Below are positions 11,296 to 20,671 of a stretch of DNA of 64,000 nucleotides, piece after piece. The position numbers were made by a program, and so were the translations under genes. A model generated the notes under the pieces. It made no database searches. It saw only the letters and a program-made list of their open reading frames with translations, and was not told the DNA's origin. Positions within the stretch are counted from its first letter, which is position 1; the number at the start of each line of letters is the position of its first letter. The DNA is from an uncultured SAR86 cluster bacterium. GTDB lineage: Bacteria; Pseudomonadota; Gammaproteobacteria; Magnimaribacterales; D2472. The stretch spans positions 20,954-84,953 of the forward strand of contig CABZRR010000003.1 in assembly GCA_902528215.1 (NCBI GenBank), written 5' to 3'.

Positions 11296-11733
11296 ATGCA
11301 GGAGACTAAAGTAACACTTATATATTGGGGTTTGAGCTTATTTGTTTTTTTTGCCTTAATTCCGTGGATTGTTAATCCTAATTTAGCCACAAAATCCATC
11401 CAAGCTTTAGCAATTTATGGAGGCATTATTGTTGCTTTTTTAGGCGGCATAATCTGGGGCTGGAAAAATGAGCATGCCTCATCAAGAAATCTTTGGATTG
11501 CAATTGGTTTTTCTATCTTGGGCCTTGGAATAGCATTGACTTCATTTTTAAACCTTACTTCAAGTCTCGTATTGCTCATTGTATCACTTCATGCTTTTCT
11601 AAGATTTGAAAAACAAAATAGTGAATATTTTCAACTTAATATTAAATATGCAAACGCACGAAATTTAATAACAAACTTAGTTACAATATGTTGCATTACT
11701 TCAATCGCATTTTTAAATAATCCATATACATAA
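11296..11733 (+). CDS. small polytopic membrane protein, DUF3429-like
   Basis: 4-5 hydrophobic helices. The motif YGGIIVAFLGGIIWGW resembles the DUF3429 signature (from memory). The tracked ORF starts at TTG 11275; ATG 11296 was chosen. Confidence 0.5.
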   Translation: MQETKVTLIYWGLSLFVFFALIPWIVNPNLATKSIQALAIYGGIIVAFLGGIIWGWKNEHASSRNLWIAIGFSILGLGIALTSFLNLTSSLVLLIVSLHAFLRFEKQNSEYFQLNIKYANARNLITNLVTICCITSIAFLNNPYT

Positions 11734-11736
11734 AAT

Positions 11737-13095
11737 ATGAATATTAGCTCTTCGAAGAATATTTCTGAATCAGTCACTTGGGTTGGAAAGTGGACTTTTG
11801 TATTAGCAGCTGCTGGATCTGCAGTGGGTTTAGGGAATATATGGGGCTTTTCTTACAAAGTAGGAGAGGCTGGAGGTAGTGCTTTTGTTTTAATATATTT
11901 GGGCTGCATTTTGGTTGTTGGGCTTCCTATAATGATGGCTGAAATAATGATTGGACGATATTCTCAACACAGTCCTGTAAGTGCCATGAAAAAAGCTGCA
12001 ATTGATTCCGGTAAAACTGGTTACTGGCAATCGGTAGGGTGGACTGGATTATTTTCTGGGGTTTTAATTTTATCTTTTTATAGCGTACTTGCTGGAATTT
12101 GTATTAACTATATAGGAATCGCAGCTATGCCAAATACAGATATTTCATCTTTTGAGCAATACGCACAAGTAACAGGATCTCCGTCAACATTATTTTTCTG
12201 GCACTCAATTTTCATAGGAATGAACATTGCCATAATCGCATCAGGTGTTATTGCTGGTATTGAGAGAATGGTGCGTCTTTTAATGCCAATGTTATTTATC
12301 TTGATGATTGTCATGCTTATTAATGCGATGGTAAATGGAGATTTTAATGCAGGTTTAGCCTATCTTTTTACTCCAGATTTTTCAAAAGTCAGCCCAGAGA
12401 CTTTTTTAAGCGCAATGGGTCAAGCATTCTTCAGTCTGAGTTTAGGTATGGGTTCCATCATGTGTTATGGATCGTATATGCGAAAGTCAGAAGATATCTT
12501 TAAAACATCTTTAACTGTTGCTAGTTTGGATACACTGATTGCAATATTAGCTGGGCTTGCTATTTTTCCAATGATTTTCGCTTATGGTATGGAGCCTCAA
12601 CAAGGAACAGGGTTAGTATTTAAGAGCTTACTTACGATTTTTATCGAAATGCCTCTAGGAAACGTTATTGGCCCAGCTTTTTTTATGCTGCTTTCTATTG
12701 CCGCCCTAAGTAGTGCAATTTCTTTACTCGAGCCAAGTGTTGCATATTTTGAAGAGAATAAGATTGTTTCTAGATCTGCTGCAGCAATAATTCTTGGACT
12801 TATTATTTGGTTTGTTGGCATTGGAAGCATTTTGAGCATGAATAGTTGGGAAAAAGAGTACTTCCTTGGAGAAAGAAATTTTATGGACTCGATCATTTAT
12901 CTAACTTTCAATATATTGATGCCGCTTGGTGGAATGCTTGTAGCAATTTTTGCTGGATGGTTTTTTAAATCTCAGCTTGCTATGGAGGAGCTTTCACCAT
13001 CTAATCTGAGTATTTTTAGAATCTGGAGATTTTTTATAAAATTTGTTTCTCCTGTCCTTGTTGCAGCAGTTTTTGTATATCAAATACTTGGTTAA
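11737..13095 (+). CDS. sodium-dependent transporter, neurotransmitter:sodium symporter (SNF/NSS) family
   Basis: NSS N-terminal signature AAAGSAVGLGNIWGFSYKVGEAGGSAFVLIYL and about 11-12 predicted TM segments. Confidence 0.88.
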   Translation: MNISSSKNISESVTWVGKWTFVLAAAGSAVGLGNIWGFSYKVGEAGGSAFVLIYLGCILVVGLPIMMAEIMIGRYSQHSPVSAMKKAAIDSGKTGYWQSVGWTGLFSGVLILSFYSVLAGICINYIGIAAMPNTDISSFEQYAQVTGSPSTLFFWHSIFIGMNIAIIASGVIAGIERMVRLLMPMLFILMIVMLINAMVNGDFNAGLAYLFTPDFSKVSPETFLSAMGQAFFSLSLGMGSIMCYGSYMRKSEDIFKTSLTVASLDTLIAILAGLAIFPMIFAYGMEPQQGTGLVFKSLLTIFIEMPLGNVIGPAFFMLLSIAALSSAISLLEPSVAYFEENKIVSRSAAAIILGLIIWFVGIGSILSMNSWEKEYFLGERNFMDSIIYLTFNILMPLGGMLVAIFAGWFFKSQLAMEELSPSNLSIFRIWRFFIKFVSPVLVAAVFVYQILG

Positions 13096-13098
13096 AAA

Positions 13099-13533
13099 AT
13101 GTCGAGCAGCTTTGAGGGATCTGAAATATTTCAAGAATCACCAGAAAAAATTCTCTCTTTAATAAATAACTTTGAGGTTTATAAAGAGTTTTTGCCTGGA
13201 TGCATTGAATCATTAAGACTGCCATGTGATGAAGCTGGATCAGCAAAAGGGAGATTAGTTTTTTCATTAATAAATAAAACATACACATTTGAATCTTTAA
13301 ATAAAACTCATGGTTTTGATGTAAAAATTTCACAATTTCAAGGACCATTTACAGATTTCTCAGCAATTTGGAGTCTTGAAGTAATTGATTCCAAAAATAC
13401 AAAAGTAAAATTTTTGGCAAAATTTCAGTTACCTTTTTTTCTTAAGATTTTTGCAAAACAAAGCTTAGTAGAAAAAATTGGAACTAAATTTATGAAAGCA
13501 TTTGAAAAACAACTTAAAGCAGAAATTAATTAA
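13099..13533 (+). CDS. ratA: SRPBCC-fold protein, RatA/Coq10-like (ribosome association toxin / ubiquinone-binding family)
   Basis: The motif VYKEFLPGCIES matches the RatA/YfjG YPxFLPGC block. Its position between smpB and bamE is as in E. coli and Pseudomonas. Confidence 0.65.
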   Translation: MSSSFEGSEIFQESPEKILSLINNFEVYKEFLPGCIESLRLPCDEAGSAKGRLVFSLINKTYTFESLNKTHGFDVKISQFQGPFTDFSAIWSLEVIDSKNTKVKFLAKFQLPFFLKIFAKQSLVEKIGTKFMKAFEKQLKAEIN

Positions 13534-13561
13534 CTTTTTATTTTTTCATCGACTTGGAGAA

Positions 13562-13900
13562 CTAATCATTATCAAGAGTGCTTTCTTGAAGAGACCAAGT
13601 AGTTAATTTTCGATTCTCATCAAATAACAAAGAAAGCTTTTTCTCTCCGATTAATTGATCACCAATTGTTACAGAATATATATAATCCCATCTATCTGGA
13701 TGTAGTGGGCTATTAAGCATTGGCGTTCCAAGAAGGTATTGCACTTGATCTTTTGTTAGACCTACAGAAAGCTGCTCGACATCTTTTTCTTCAATTATAT
13801 TTCCTTGTAAGATAGGCACCTTATATGGAGATAAAGAAGAGCAACTAAATATCCCAAAAGATAAAAAGAATAATATATAAAGTCTTGGTAATTGCGTCAT
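13562..13900 (-). CDS. bamE: outer membrane protein assembly factor BamE (SmpA/OmlA lipoprotein)
   Basis: Lipobox FGIFSC followed by YKVPILQGNII...GLTKDQVQYLLGTPML..P..PDRWDYIY. It is divergent from fur, like the Pseudomonas omlA-fur arrangement. Confidence 0.88.
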   Translation of the reverse strand: MTQLPRLYILFFLSFGIFSCSSLSPYKVPILQGNIIEEKDVEQLSVGLTKDQVQYLLGTPMLNSPLHPDRWDYIYSVTIGDQLIGEKKLSLLFDENRKLTTWSLQESTLDND

Positions 13901-13944
13901 TAGGTTAATTGATTATACTTTGTGAAGTAAAGATTGGAAAATGC

Positions 13945-14370
13945 ATGAGTAAAGAAAATAATGAGTTAAAAAAAGCTGGCTTAAAGGCTACGCTTCCCAG
14001 GATAAGAATTTTAGAGGCTTTGGAGTCTCATGGAAAAGAGAGAATCAATAGTGGACATCATTTAAGTGCAGAGGACATATATAAACAGCTTATTAGCTCC
14101 GGAGATGACGTAGGATTAGCGACTGTATATAGAGTACTAACTCAATTTGAGACAGCCGGGATAGTGAAGCGACATAACTTTGAAGATGGACATTCTGTTT
14201 ATGAGATTGCTGAAGATGAGCATCATGACCATATGATTTGCCTTGAAAGTGGAACTGTCAATGAGTTCAACGACGAAATAATTGAGCAGCGGCAAAAAGA
14301 TATTGCTGAAGAATTCGGTTATGAGTTAGTTGATCATACGATGGTTCTCTTCGTAAAACCTAAGAAATAA
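13945..14370 (+). CDS. fur: ferric uptake regulator
   Basis: LKKAGLKATLPRIRILEAL ... ATVYRVLTQFETAGIV ... the metal site HHDHMIC. The start is taken at ATG 13945 (MSKENNE...). Confidence 0.93.
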   Translation: MSKENNELKKAGLKATLPRIRILEALESHGKERINSGHHLSAEDIYKQLISSGDDVGLATVYRVLTQFETAGIVKRHNFEDGHSVYEIAEDEHHDHMICLESGTVNEFNDEIIEQRQKDIAEEFGYELVDHTMVLFVKPKK

Positions 14371-14383
14371 ATCTATATTTAAG

Positions 14384-14414
14384 CCCTTGAACTCATCTAG
14401 GGTCACCCCTATAT
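14384..14414 (+). promoter_or_regulatory. sigma-32 (RpoH) heat-shock promoter for grpE-dnaK-dnaJ
   Basis: CCCTTGAAC (14384-14392), a 13-bp spacer, then CCCCTATAT (14406-14414). The enterobacterial sigma-32 consensus is CCCTTGAAA-N13/14-CCCCATNT. It lies 22 nt upstream of the grpE ATG. Confidence 0.75.
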
Positions 14415-14435
14415 ATTTAAAATAGGGGTTGATAG

Positions 14436-15005
14436 ATGGCAAAAAAGCAAAAAATAAAAGACAAATCTAACTCTGAAGATGCATCTGTTACATCAAAAGA
14501 AATTGTTGATGATGAAGAAATTCAAGAAGAAGCTACTGATTCAATCGATAAAGATGTTGATGCGGCTGAAAACGAAGAGGAAAGGATACAAGAACTTGAA
14601 GAAGCTCTTCTTAGATCAAGAGCTGAGCTTGATAATGCTTTTAAAAGAAATACTGCTGACATTGAAAAAGCACATAAATATGGCGTTGAGAGATTGCTAA
14701 ATGAATTATTACCTGTAGTCGACAATTTAGAGCACGCACTTAATAACTTTTCCAATGATTCATCAAAAGAAGATAAAAAGGGAGTAGAACTTACTCTTAA
14801 ATCTTTTGAATCTGCCCTTGATAAATTTGGTATTAGACCCATCTATCCAATTAATGAACAGTTTGATCCTGTAAAACATGAGGCTGTAATGACTTCAAAG
14901 GATCCAAAAAAAGAAAATAACGAAATTGAAAATATATTTCAAAGGGGTTGGGAGCTCCATGATAGGGTCGTTAGACCTGCCAGAGTTTCCGTAATAAAAA
15001 ATTAG
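14436..15005 (+). CDS. grpE: nucleotide exchange factor GrpE
   Basis: Acidic N-terminus, a coiled coil, and the C-terminal block GFRPIYP...FDPVKHEAV...[14 protein letters not shown]. Confidence 0.95.
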   Translation: MAKKQKIKDKSNSEDASVTSKEIVDDEEIQEEATDSIDKDVDAAENEEERIQELEEALLRSRAELDNAFKRNTADIEKAHKYGVERLLNELLPVVDNLEHALNNFSNDSSKEDKKGVELTLKSFESALDKFGIRPIYPINEQFDPVKHEAVMTSKDPKKENNEIENIFQRGWELHDRVVRPARVSVIKN

Positions 15006-15022
15006 GAAATAGAGAAATTGAT

Positions 15023-16933
15023 ATGTCAAAAATTATAGGAATTGATTTAGGTACAACTAACAGCTGTTTAGCAGTTGTAGAGGGACAACAACCTAAGGTA
15101 ATTGAAAATGCAGAGGGAGGGAGAACTACCCCCTCAGTGATTGGTTACTCTGACGAGAGCGAAATTTTAGTTGGAACACCTGCTAAAAGACAAGCTGTAA
15201 CTAATCCAGAGAAAACTTTATACGCAATTAAAAGATTGATTGGAAGAAGGTTTGATGATGACGTTGTTAAAAAGGATATGGACATGGTTCCCTATGAAAT
15301 TATCAAGGCTGATAATGGAGACGCTTGGGTTAAAGTTGATGATAAAAAATTAGCTCCTCCTCAGATTTCAGCAGAGGTTTTGAAGAAGCTTAAAAAGACC
15401 GCAGAAGAGTATCTTGGTCATGAAGTTAAAGAGGCTGTTATTACAGTTCCAGCTTATTTTAATGACTCCCAAAGGCAAGCAACTAAGGATGCGGGTAAAA
15501 TCGCTGGTCTAGAGGTAAAGAGAATAATTAATGAGCCTACAGCTGCAGCCCTTGCTTATGGACTAGATAAACATAAAGGTGATTCGGTTGTTGCTGTTTA
15601 TGATCTCGGAGGCGGTACATTTGATATTTCTATTATAGAGATTTCTGAGGTTGATGGAGAACACCAATTTGAAGTTTTATCAACCAATGGTGATACTTTT
15701 TTAGGTGGTGAAGATTTTGATCTTAAGTTAATTGATTATTTTGTTGATGAATTCAAGAAAGAATCTGGATTTGATTTAAAAAGTGATCCGATGGCTCTCC
15801 AACGTCTTAAAGAAGCAGCAGAAAAAGCAAAAATCGAACTTTCCTCATCAGATCAAACAGAGATAAACCTTCCGTATATAACTGCCGATAGTTCCGGACC
15901 AAAACATTTTGTTCATAAAATAACTCGAGCAAAACTTGAGTCTCTGGTTGAAGATTTAGTAGATAGAAGCCTTGCTCCATTAAAACTTGCTTTGGAAGAT
16001 GCCAAACTTAGTATTGGAGACATTAACGAAATATTGCTTGTTGGTGGACAGACTCGAATGCCAATGGTACAACAGAAAGTAAAAGATTTTTTTGGTAAAG
16101 AACCAAGGAAGGATCTTAATCCTGACGAAGCTGTTGCAGTTGGTGCTGCAATTCAAGGATCAGTTTTGTCCGGTGATACAAAAGATGTGCTCTTACTTGA
16201 TGTAACACCCCTAACTTTGGGAATTGAAACCCTAGGAGGTATTGCGACACCCTTGATTGAGAAGAATACAACAATTCCTACTCAAAAATCTCAAGTCTTT
16301 TCAACAGCGGAAGATAATCAATCAGCCGTAACTGTTCATGTTATTCAGGGTGAAAGAAAGCAAGCAGCTCAAAACAAATCTTTGGGCCAATTCAATTTAA
16401 CCGATATACCACCAGCTGCAAGAGGAACTCCTCAAATTGAAGTTTCATTTGATTTGGACGCAAATGGTATTCTTAATGTTGCCGCTAAGGATAAAAATAC
16501 TGGCAAGGAGCAATCTATAGTTATTAAAGCTTCAAGTGGACTATCTGATGATGATATTGAAAAAATGGTCAAAGATGCTGAAGCAAATGCGGAAGATGAT
16601 AAAAAGTTCGAGAGTCTTGTGCAAGCAAAAAATAATGCCGATATGCTTGTTCATGCCACCAGAAAGTCAATCTTAGAAGCTGGAGATAGGCTAAGTGAAG
16701 AAGAAAAAGATTCTGTAGAAACCTCCACAGTTAATCTAGAGGAGGCAATCAAACAAGACAGCCTAGAAGCCATAGAAGAAGCCACAAAAAATCTAAATGA
16801 GGTATTAACTCCATTAACCCAAAAACTTTATCCTCAAGCAGAGGATGCTTCTTCTGAAACTTCTGATGAAAACTCTGGTGATGAGAATACGGTTGATGCA
16901 GAGTTTGAAGAAGTTAAAGAAGAAGAAAAATAA
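15023..16933 (+). CDS. dnaK: molecular chaperone DnaK (Hsp70)
   Basis: [25 protein letters not shown], and 636 aa of full-length Hsp70 architecture. Confidence 0.98.
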   Translation: MSKIIGIDLGTTNSCLAVVEGQQPKVIENAEGGRTTPSVIGYSDESEILVGTPAKRQAVTNPEKTLYAIKRLIGRRFDDDVVKKDMDMVPYEIIKADNGDAWVKVDDKKLAPPQISAEVLKKLKKTAEEYLGHEVKEAVITVPAYFNDSQRQATKDAGKIAGLEVKRIINEPTAAALAYGLDKHKGDSVVAVYDLGGGTFDISIIEISEVDGEHQFEVLSTNGDTFLGGEDFDLKLIDYFVDEFKKESGFDLKSDPMALQRLKEAAEKAKIELSSSDQTEINLPYITADSSGPKHFVHKITRAKLESLVEDLVDRSLAPLKLALEDAKLSIGDINEILLVGGQTRMPMVQQKVKDFFGKEPRKDLNPDEAVAVGAAIQGSVLSGDTKDVLLLDVTPLTLGIETLGGIATPLIEKNTTIPTQKSQVFSTAEDNQSAVTVHVIQGERKQAAQNKSLGQFNLTDIPPAARGTPQIEVSFDLDANGILNVAAKDKNTGKEQSIVIKASSGLSDDDIEKMVKDAEANAEDDKKFESLVQAKNNADMLVHATRKSILEAGDRLSEEEKDSVETSTVNLEEAIKQDSLEAIEEATKNLNEVLTPLTQKLYPQAEDASSETSDENSGDENTVDAEFEEVKEEEK

Positions 16934-16936
16934 ATA

Positions 16937-18046
16937 ATGTCACAGAGAGACTATTACGAGGTCTTGGGTGTCTCTCGAAGTGCTTCAGATGCTGAATTAA
17001 AAAAAGCATTTAAGAAATTAGCTATGAAATATCATCCGGATAGAAATCCAGATGATCCATCTGCCAACGAAAAATTTAAAGAGGCCGCAGAGGCCTATGA
17101 AATACTTTCTGATTCAGAAAAAAAATCAGCATATGATCAATTTGGCCATGCCGGTGTCCAGGGTATGGGAGGTGGTCAAGGTGGAGGGTTTCAAGATTTT
17201 AATTTTGGAGATATATTTGGAGACATATTTGGAGATGTATTTGGAGGACGTACTTCTTCCAGAAGACAAGCAAGGGGCCAAGATCTTCAGTACAACATAG
17301 AGCTTTCCTTAAAGGAAGCAATCCTTGGGGTCAAAAAGACAATTAAGATACCTGTAGATAAAATATGTGTTGAATGTTCAGGATCTGGCGCTAAACCAGG
17401 TTCAGCTCCTGTTACCTGCAGTCAATGTAATGGTGCTGGCCAAGTTAGAATGCAACAAGGTTTCTTTTCAGTTCAACAGACATGTAATGTATGTGGAGGA
17501 GAAGGCAGCATTATTAAAGATCATTGTAATGTCTGTAGGGGAGCTGGGGTTATTCAAGAGACTAAATCACTATCCGTAAGTATCCCCCCCGGTGTAGATA
17601 ATGGAGATAAAGTTAGGCTTTCTGGAGAGGGCAGTGCTTCAAGAGGTGGCCGCACCGGAGATTTATATGTCGCTATTAGGATTGCTCAAAATGAAATCTT
17701 CGAAAGAGAAGGTAAAGATCTTTACTTTGAAGCCCCTATTCCTTTTGAAATTGCAGTTTTAGGAGGAACCATCAATGTTCCTGGATTGGAATCAAAAATT
17801 GCACTAAAAATACCAGCTTACACTCAAACAGGGAGAATTTTTAGAATTAAAGGTAAAGGTGCTGCTTCAGTTCGTGACTCAAGAAGAGGCGATCTTTTGT
17901 GCAGAGTAGTAGTTGAAACTCCAGTAAATCTTTCAAAGGCTCAAATTAAGATTTTCGAAGAATTTGCTAAATCAATTGCTGGTGATAAACATCATCCAAT
18001 AAAGCAATCTTTCAAAAACGCCTCGAATCAATTTCACAATAAATAG
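16937..18046 (+). CDS. dnaJ: molecular chaperone DnaJ (Hsp40)
   Basis: J domain DYYEVLGV...KYHPDRNP, a G/F region, and four CxxCxGxG zinc motifs. Confidence 0.97.
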   Translation: MSQRDYYEVLGVSRSASDAELKKAFKKLAMKYHPDRNPDDPSANEKFKEAAEAYEILSDSEKKSAYDQFGHAGVQGMGGGQGGGFQDFNFGDIFGDIFGDVFGGRTSSRRQARGQDLQYNIELSLKEAILGVKKTIKIPVDKICVECSGSGAKPGSAPVTCSQCNGAGQVRMQQGFFSVQQTCNVCGGEGSIIKDHCNVCRGAGVIQETKSLSVSIPPGVDNGDKVRLSGEGSASRGGRTGDLYVAIRIAQNEIFEREGKDLYFEAPIPFEIAVLGGTINVPGLESKIALKIPAYTQTGRIFRIKGKGAASVRDSRRGDLLCRVVVETPVNLSKAQIKIFEEFAKSIAGDKHHPIKQSFKNASNQFHNK

Positions 18047-18050
18047 AAAA

Positions 18051-18725
18051 TTGCATATATTAATAAATGGCTTCAATGGAAATATGGGTCGGGCAATTCA
18101 AGCTCAATGTAAAAAACTATCTAATACTTATATTAGTGATTTCCATATAAAAGATTTTGACTCAAATAACATATCTGCATTAATAGATTTTTCTGCCCCT
18201 GATGGTTTCACTGAAGCTTTAAGGTTTTGCAAAGAAAATAAGATTCCTTTTATATCAGGAACAACAGGATTAACTGCAAAACATTTAGAAGACGTAACAG
18301 CTGCAAAAAAATTTATTCCGATATTAATAGCATCAAATATGTCCCTTGGTATTGCAAATTTAAAAACTTCAATAGAGAAGTATCTAATTTCAATCAATAC
18401 ATCAGTTAAATGTAAAATTGTTGAAATTCATCATACAAAGAAAAAAGATTCTCCATCTGGAACGGCATTAGAAATTGTTAAATTTCTACAAAATTTTCAT
18501 GCAAACAAAATAGAAGGTTTGATTGACGTCAAGTCTTACAGAATTGGGAATATCTTTGGAATTCATAGAATTGAATTTAAAAGCGATGAGGGAATTACAA
18601 ATTTTCAGCATATTGCAAGCAGTAGAGACGTATTTGCAATAGGAGCTTTGCAGGCAGCAAGGTCAATTAATTCAATGGAAATCGGAGAATATAGCTTTGC
18701 TGACTTCATAAATAAAAAGCTTTAA
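18051..18725 (+). CDS. dapB: 4-hydroxy-tetrahydrodipicolinate reductase (short form, 224 aa)
   Basis: TTG start. Contains NGFNGNMGRAI (Rossmann motif) and the catalytic block EIHHTKKKDSPSGTA. It follows dnaJ as in Pseudomonas. Confidence 0.85.
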   Translation: MHILINGFNGNMGRAIQAQCKKLSNTYISDFHIKDFDSNNISALIDFSAPDGFTEALRFCKENKIPFISGTTGLTAKHLEDVTAAKKFIPILIASNMSLGIANLKTSIEKYLISINTSVKCKIVEIHHTKKKDSPSGTALEIVKFLQNFHANKIEGLIDVKSYRIGNIFGIHRIEFKSDEGITNFQHIASSRDVFAIGALQAARSINSMEIGEYSFADFINKKL

Positions 18726-18854
18726 TCTGCTTTAACTTTTATATAAAATACACAAACTTTAAATCCCGAAGGTGCCAAAAATGATTATCGTTGGGGTGCT
18801 CAAAAATTTGAGTCAACTATATGAGGTATCGGAGAATAACCCCCGGAGGAAATT
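18726..18854 (+). promoter_or_regulatory. rpsB promoter plus long untranslated leader (possible S2 autoregulatory element)
   Basis: At 129 nt this is one of the longest non-coding gaps in the window. It contains G/C-rich islands (TCCCGAAGGTGCC, GGGGTGCTC, ACCCCCGGAGG) in an otherwise AT-rich context, and the last island overlaps the Shine-Dalgarno sequence. Gammaproteobacterial rpsB-tsf operons are known to be S2-autoregulated through the 5' UTR. The structure was not folded here. Confidence 0.3.
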
Positions 18855-19817
18855 GTGAGTATTGTTTCTATAAAAGACCTGTTAAATGCAGGAGTTCATT
18901 TTGGTCATCAACAACGGTTTTGGAATCCTAAAATGGAATCTTTTATCTTTGATACTAGAAAAAAAATCAGCATTATTGATCTTGAGATGACTCAAGAGTG
19001 CTTAAATGCTGCTGCATCGAAAGCTGAAGAGATTTGTTCAAAGGGAAATAGAATTTTGTTCGTTGGCACAAAACGCTCAGCTTCAAAAATCATAAAAGAG
19101 TCTGCTTCTACGATCGGCTTGCCATATATTGACAAAAGGTGGCTAGGGGGCACTTTAACTAACTGGAAGACAATTAGGGGTTCAATTAGACGACTTTTAG
19201 ACATAGAAGAGCTTCATTCATCTGGGAGAATTAATAAACTTTCAAAGAAAGAAGCCGTAGATATTACCAAAGAGTATGAAAAACTAGATGCAAGCGTTGG
19301 GGGAATCAAGGACATGAAAGGTCTTCCCGATGCACTGTTTGTTGTGGACGTTGCATATGAAAAAATAGCAGTTACTGAAGCTAAAAAAATGGGTATCCCA
19401 ATCATTGCTTTGGTTGACACTAATTCGAATCCAGAAGGCATTGATCATATTATCCCAGGTAATGATGATGCAATTAGATCAATTCGATTGATAACAAAAG
19501 TAATAAGTGATGCTTGTGCCAGAGGTCTAGCATCTTCAAAAGGAGGAACTGTAAATGTCCAATCTGATGATGACGCTCCAGCAGTAAAAATTAAAAAAGC
19601 TTCAGTAACATCTGGAAAAGCTTTAAACCTTGTCAAAGAAGCAGAATTGAGTGAGACAGAAGAAGTTTTGTCAATTGATCAAGAAGAGCCTAGTTATGAA
19701 ACTTATGACGATTCTGTTGATCAAAATGATGAATCACTAGATCAGAGCATTGAAGTTACCTCTTCAGATTTGAATGAATCTAATGGTCATGATGAAGATC
19801 CTAGGGAAGAAAAATGA
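18855..19817 (+). CDS. rpsB: 30S ribosomal protein S2 with an about 80-aa acidic C-terminal extension
   Basis: GTG start. LLNAGVHFGHQQRFWNPKM is the canonical S2 N-terminus, and the S2 core runs to about aa 230. The tail is rich in D/E/S. Confidence 0.95.
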   Translation: MSIVSIKDLLNAGVHFGHQQRFWNPKMESFIFDTRKKISIIDLEMTQECLNAAASKAEEICSKGNRILFVGTKRSASKIIKESASTIGLPYIDKRWLGGTLTNWKTIRGSIRRLLDIEELHSSGRINKLSKKEAVDITKEYEKLDASVGGIKDMKGLPDALFVVDVAYEKIAVTEAKKMGIPIIALVDTNSNPEGIDHIIPGNDDAIRSIRLITKVISDACARGLASSKGGTVNVQSDDDAPAVKIKKASVTSGKALNLVKEAELSETEEVLSIDQEEPSYETYDDSVDQNDESLDQSIEVTSSDLNESNGHDEDPREEK

Positions 19818-20671
19818 GTATTTCAGCAAGTCAAGTTAAAGAGTTAAGAGAAATCTCTGGTGTTGGTATGATGGAATGTAAAAAAGCGTTGGTTGAAACT
19901 GATGGTAATATACAAAAAGCTTTAGATCTTCTCAGAGCAAATAGTTCTCTGAAAGCAGAGAAAAAGGCCTCTAGAGTCGCAGCTGATGGTGCAGTAATGA
20001 TTGCAGACAATTCTGCATATTGTAGTCTTGTAGAAATTAACTCAGAAACAGATTTTGCAGCAAAAGACTCTCAGTTTAAAGATTTTGCAATTGATGTTGC
20101 AAATTACTTATCTAACAATCAAGTTAATGATATAGGGGATTTAAGAACTGAATTTGAGGGAAAAAGACAATCCCTTATTCAATCAATTGGAGAGAATATC
20201 CAACTGAGAAGATTAGCAACACTTGAAGTACCATCAAATGGTTGCATTGGAGCATATGTTCATTTAGACGGAAGACTTGCCGCGATTGTTTCTATTGATA
20301 CAGAAAATAAAGATTTAGCTAAAGATTTAGCCATGCACGTATCTGCTACTAATCCTAGTTGCCTTAAATCTGAAGATATTAACCCTGAATTACTTGAAAG
20401 AGAAAGGTCAATATTTTTGGCTCAAGCAAAGAATTCTGGAAAAGACTCATCCATAATGGAAAAAATGGTAGAGGGTAAGGTAAAGAGATTTTTGTCAGAA
20501 GTAACTTTGCTTTCTCAAAGCTTTGTTAAAGATCCAGATCAATCAATTGAAGAGCTTTTAGTTGATAATAATGCGTCAATTATATCCTTTGCTCGCTTTA
20601 AGGTTGGTGAGGGCATCGAAGTTGAGGTAAAAGACTTTGCAGCAGAGGTAGCTGAACAACTTCAACAATGA
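19814..20671 (+). CDS. tsf: translation elongation factor Ts
   Basis: [24 protein letters not shown] is the UBA-like N-terminus. An ATGA overlap links it to rpsB. Confidence 0.96.
   Translation: MSISASQVKELREISGVGMMECKKALVETDGNIQKALDLLRANSSLKAEKKASRVAADGAVMIADNSAYCSLVEINSETDFAAKDSQFKDFAIDVANYLSNNQVNDIGDLRTEFEGKRQSLIQSIGENIQLRRLATLEVPSNGCIGAYVHLDGRLAAIVSIDTENKDLAKDLAMHVSATNPSCLKSEDINPELLERERSIFLAQAKNSGKDSSIMEKMVEGKVKRFLSEVTLLSQSFVKDPDQSIEELLVDNNASIISFARFKVGEGIEVEVKDFAAEVAEQLQQ

Noticed and set aside
13901-13944. A Fur-box-like AT-rich sequence (TTAATTGATTATAC) between bamE and fur, as a possible autoregulation site.
   Set aside because: It is a poor match to the 19-bp GATAATGATAATCATTATC consensus when aligned by eye, and in DNA this AT-rich such partial matches are expected by chance.
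14406-14428. The hairpin CCCCTAT-N9-ATAGGGG as an RNA thermometer or a CIRCE element for the heat-shock operon.
   Set aside because: It bears no resemblance to CIRCE (TTAGCACTC-N9-GAGTGCTAA). A transcript from the sigma-32 promoter would start inside or after the loop, so the full stem would not be in the grpE mRNA. It is kept only as a side note in the promoter finding.
19420-19440. AATTCGAATCC, a T-arm-like string suggesting a tRNA.
   Set aside because: It lies in frame inside rpsB (…DTNSNPEG…) with no flanking acceptor, D-arm or anticodon-arm complementarity. I found no tRNA or rRNA genes anywhere in the window.
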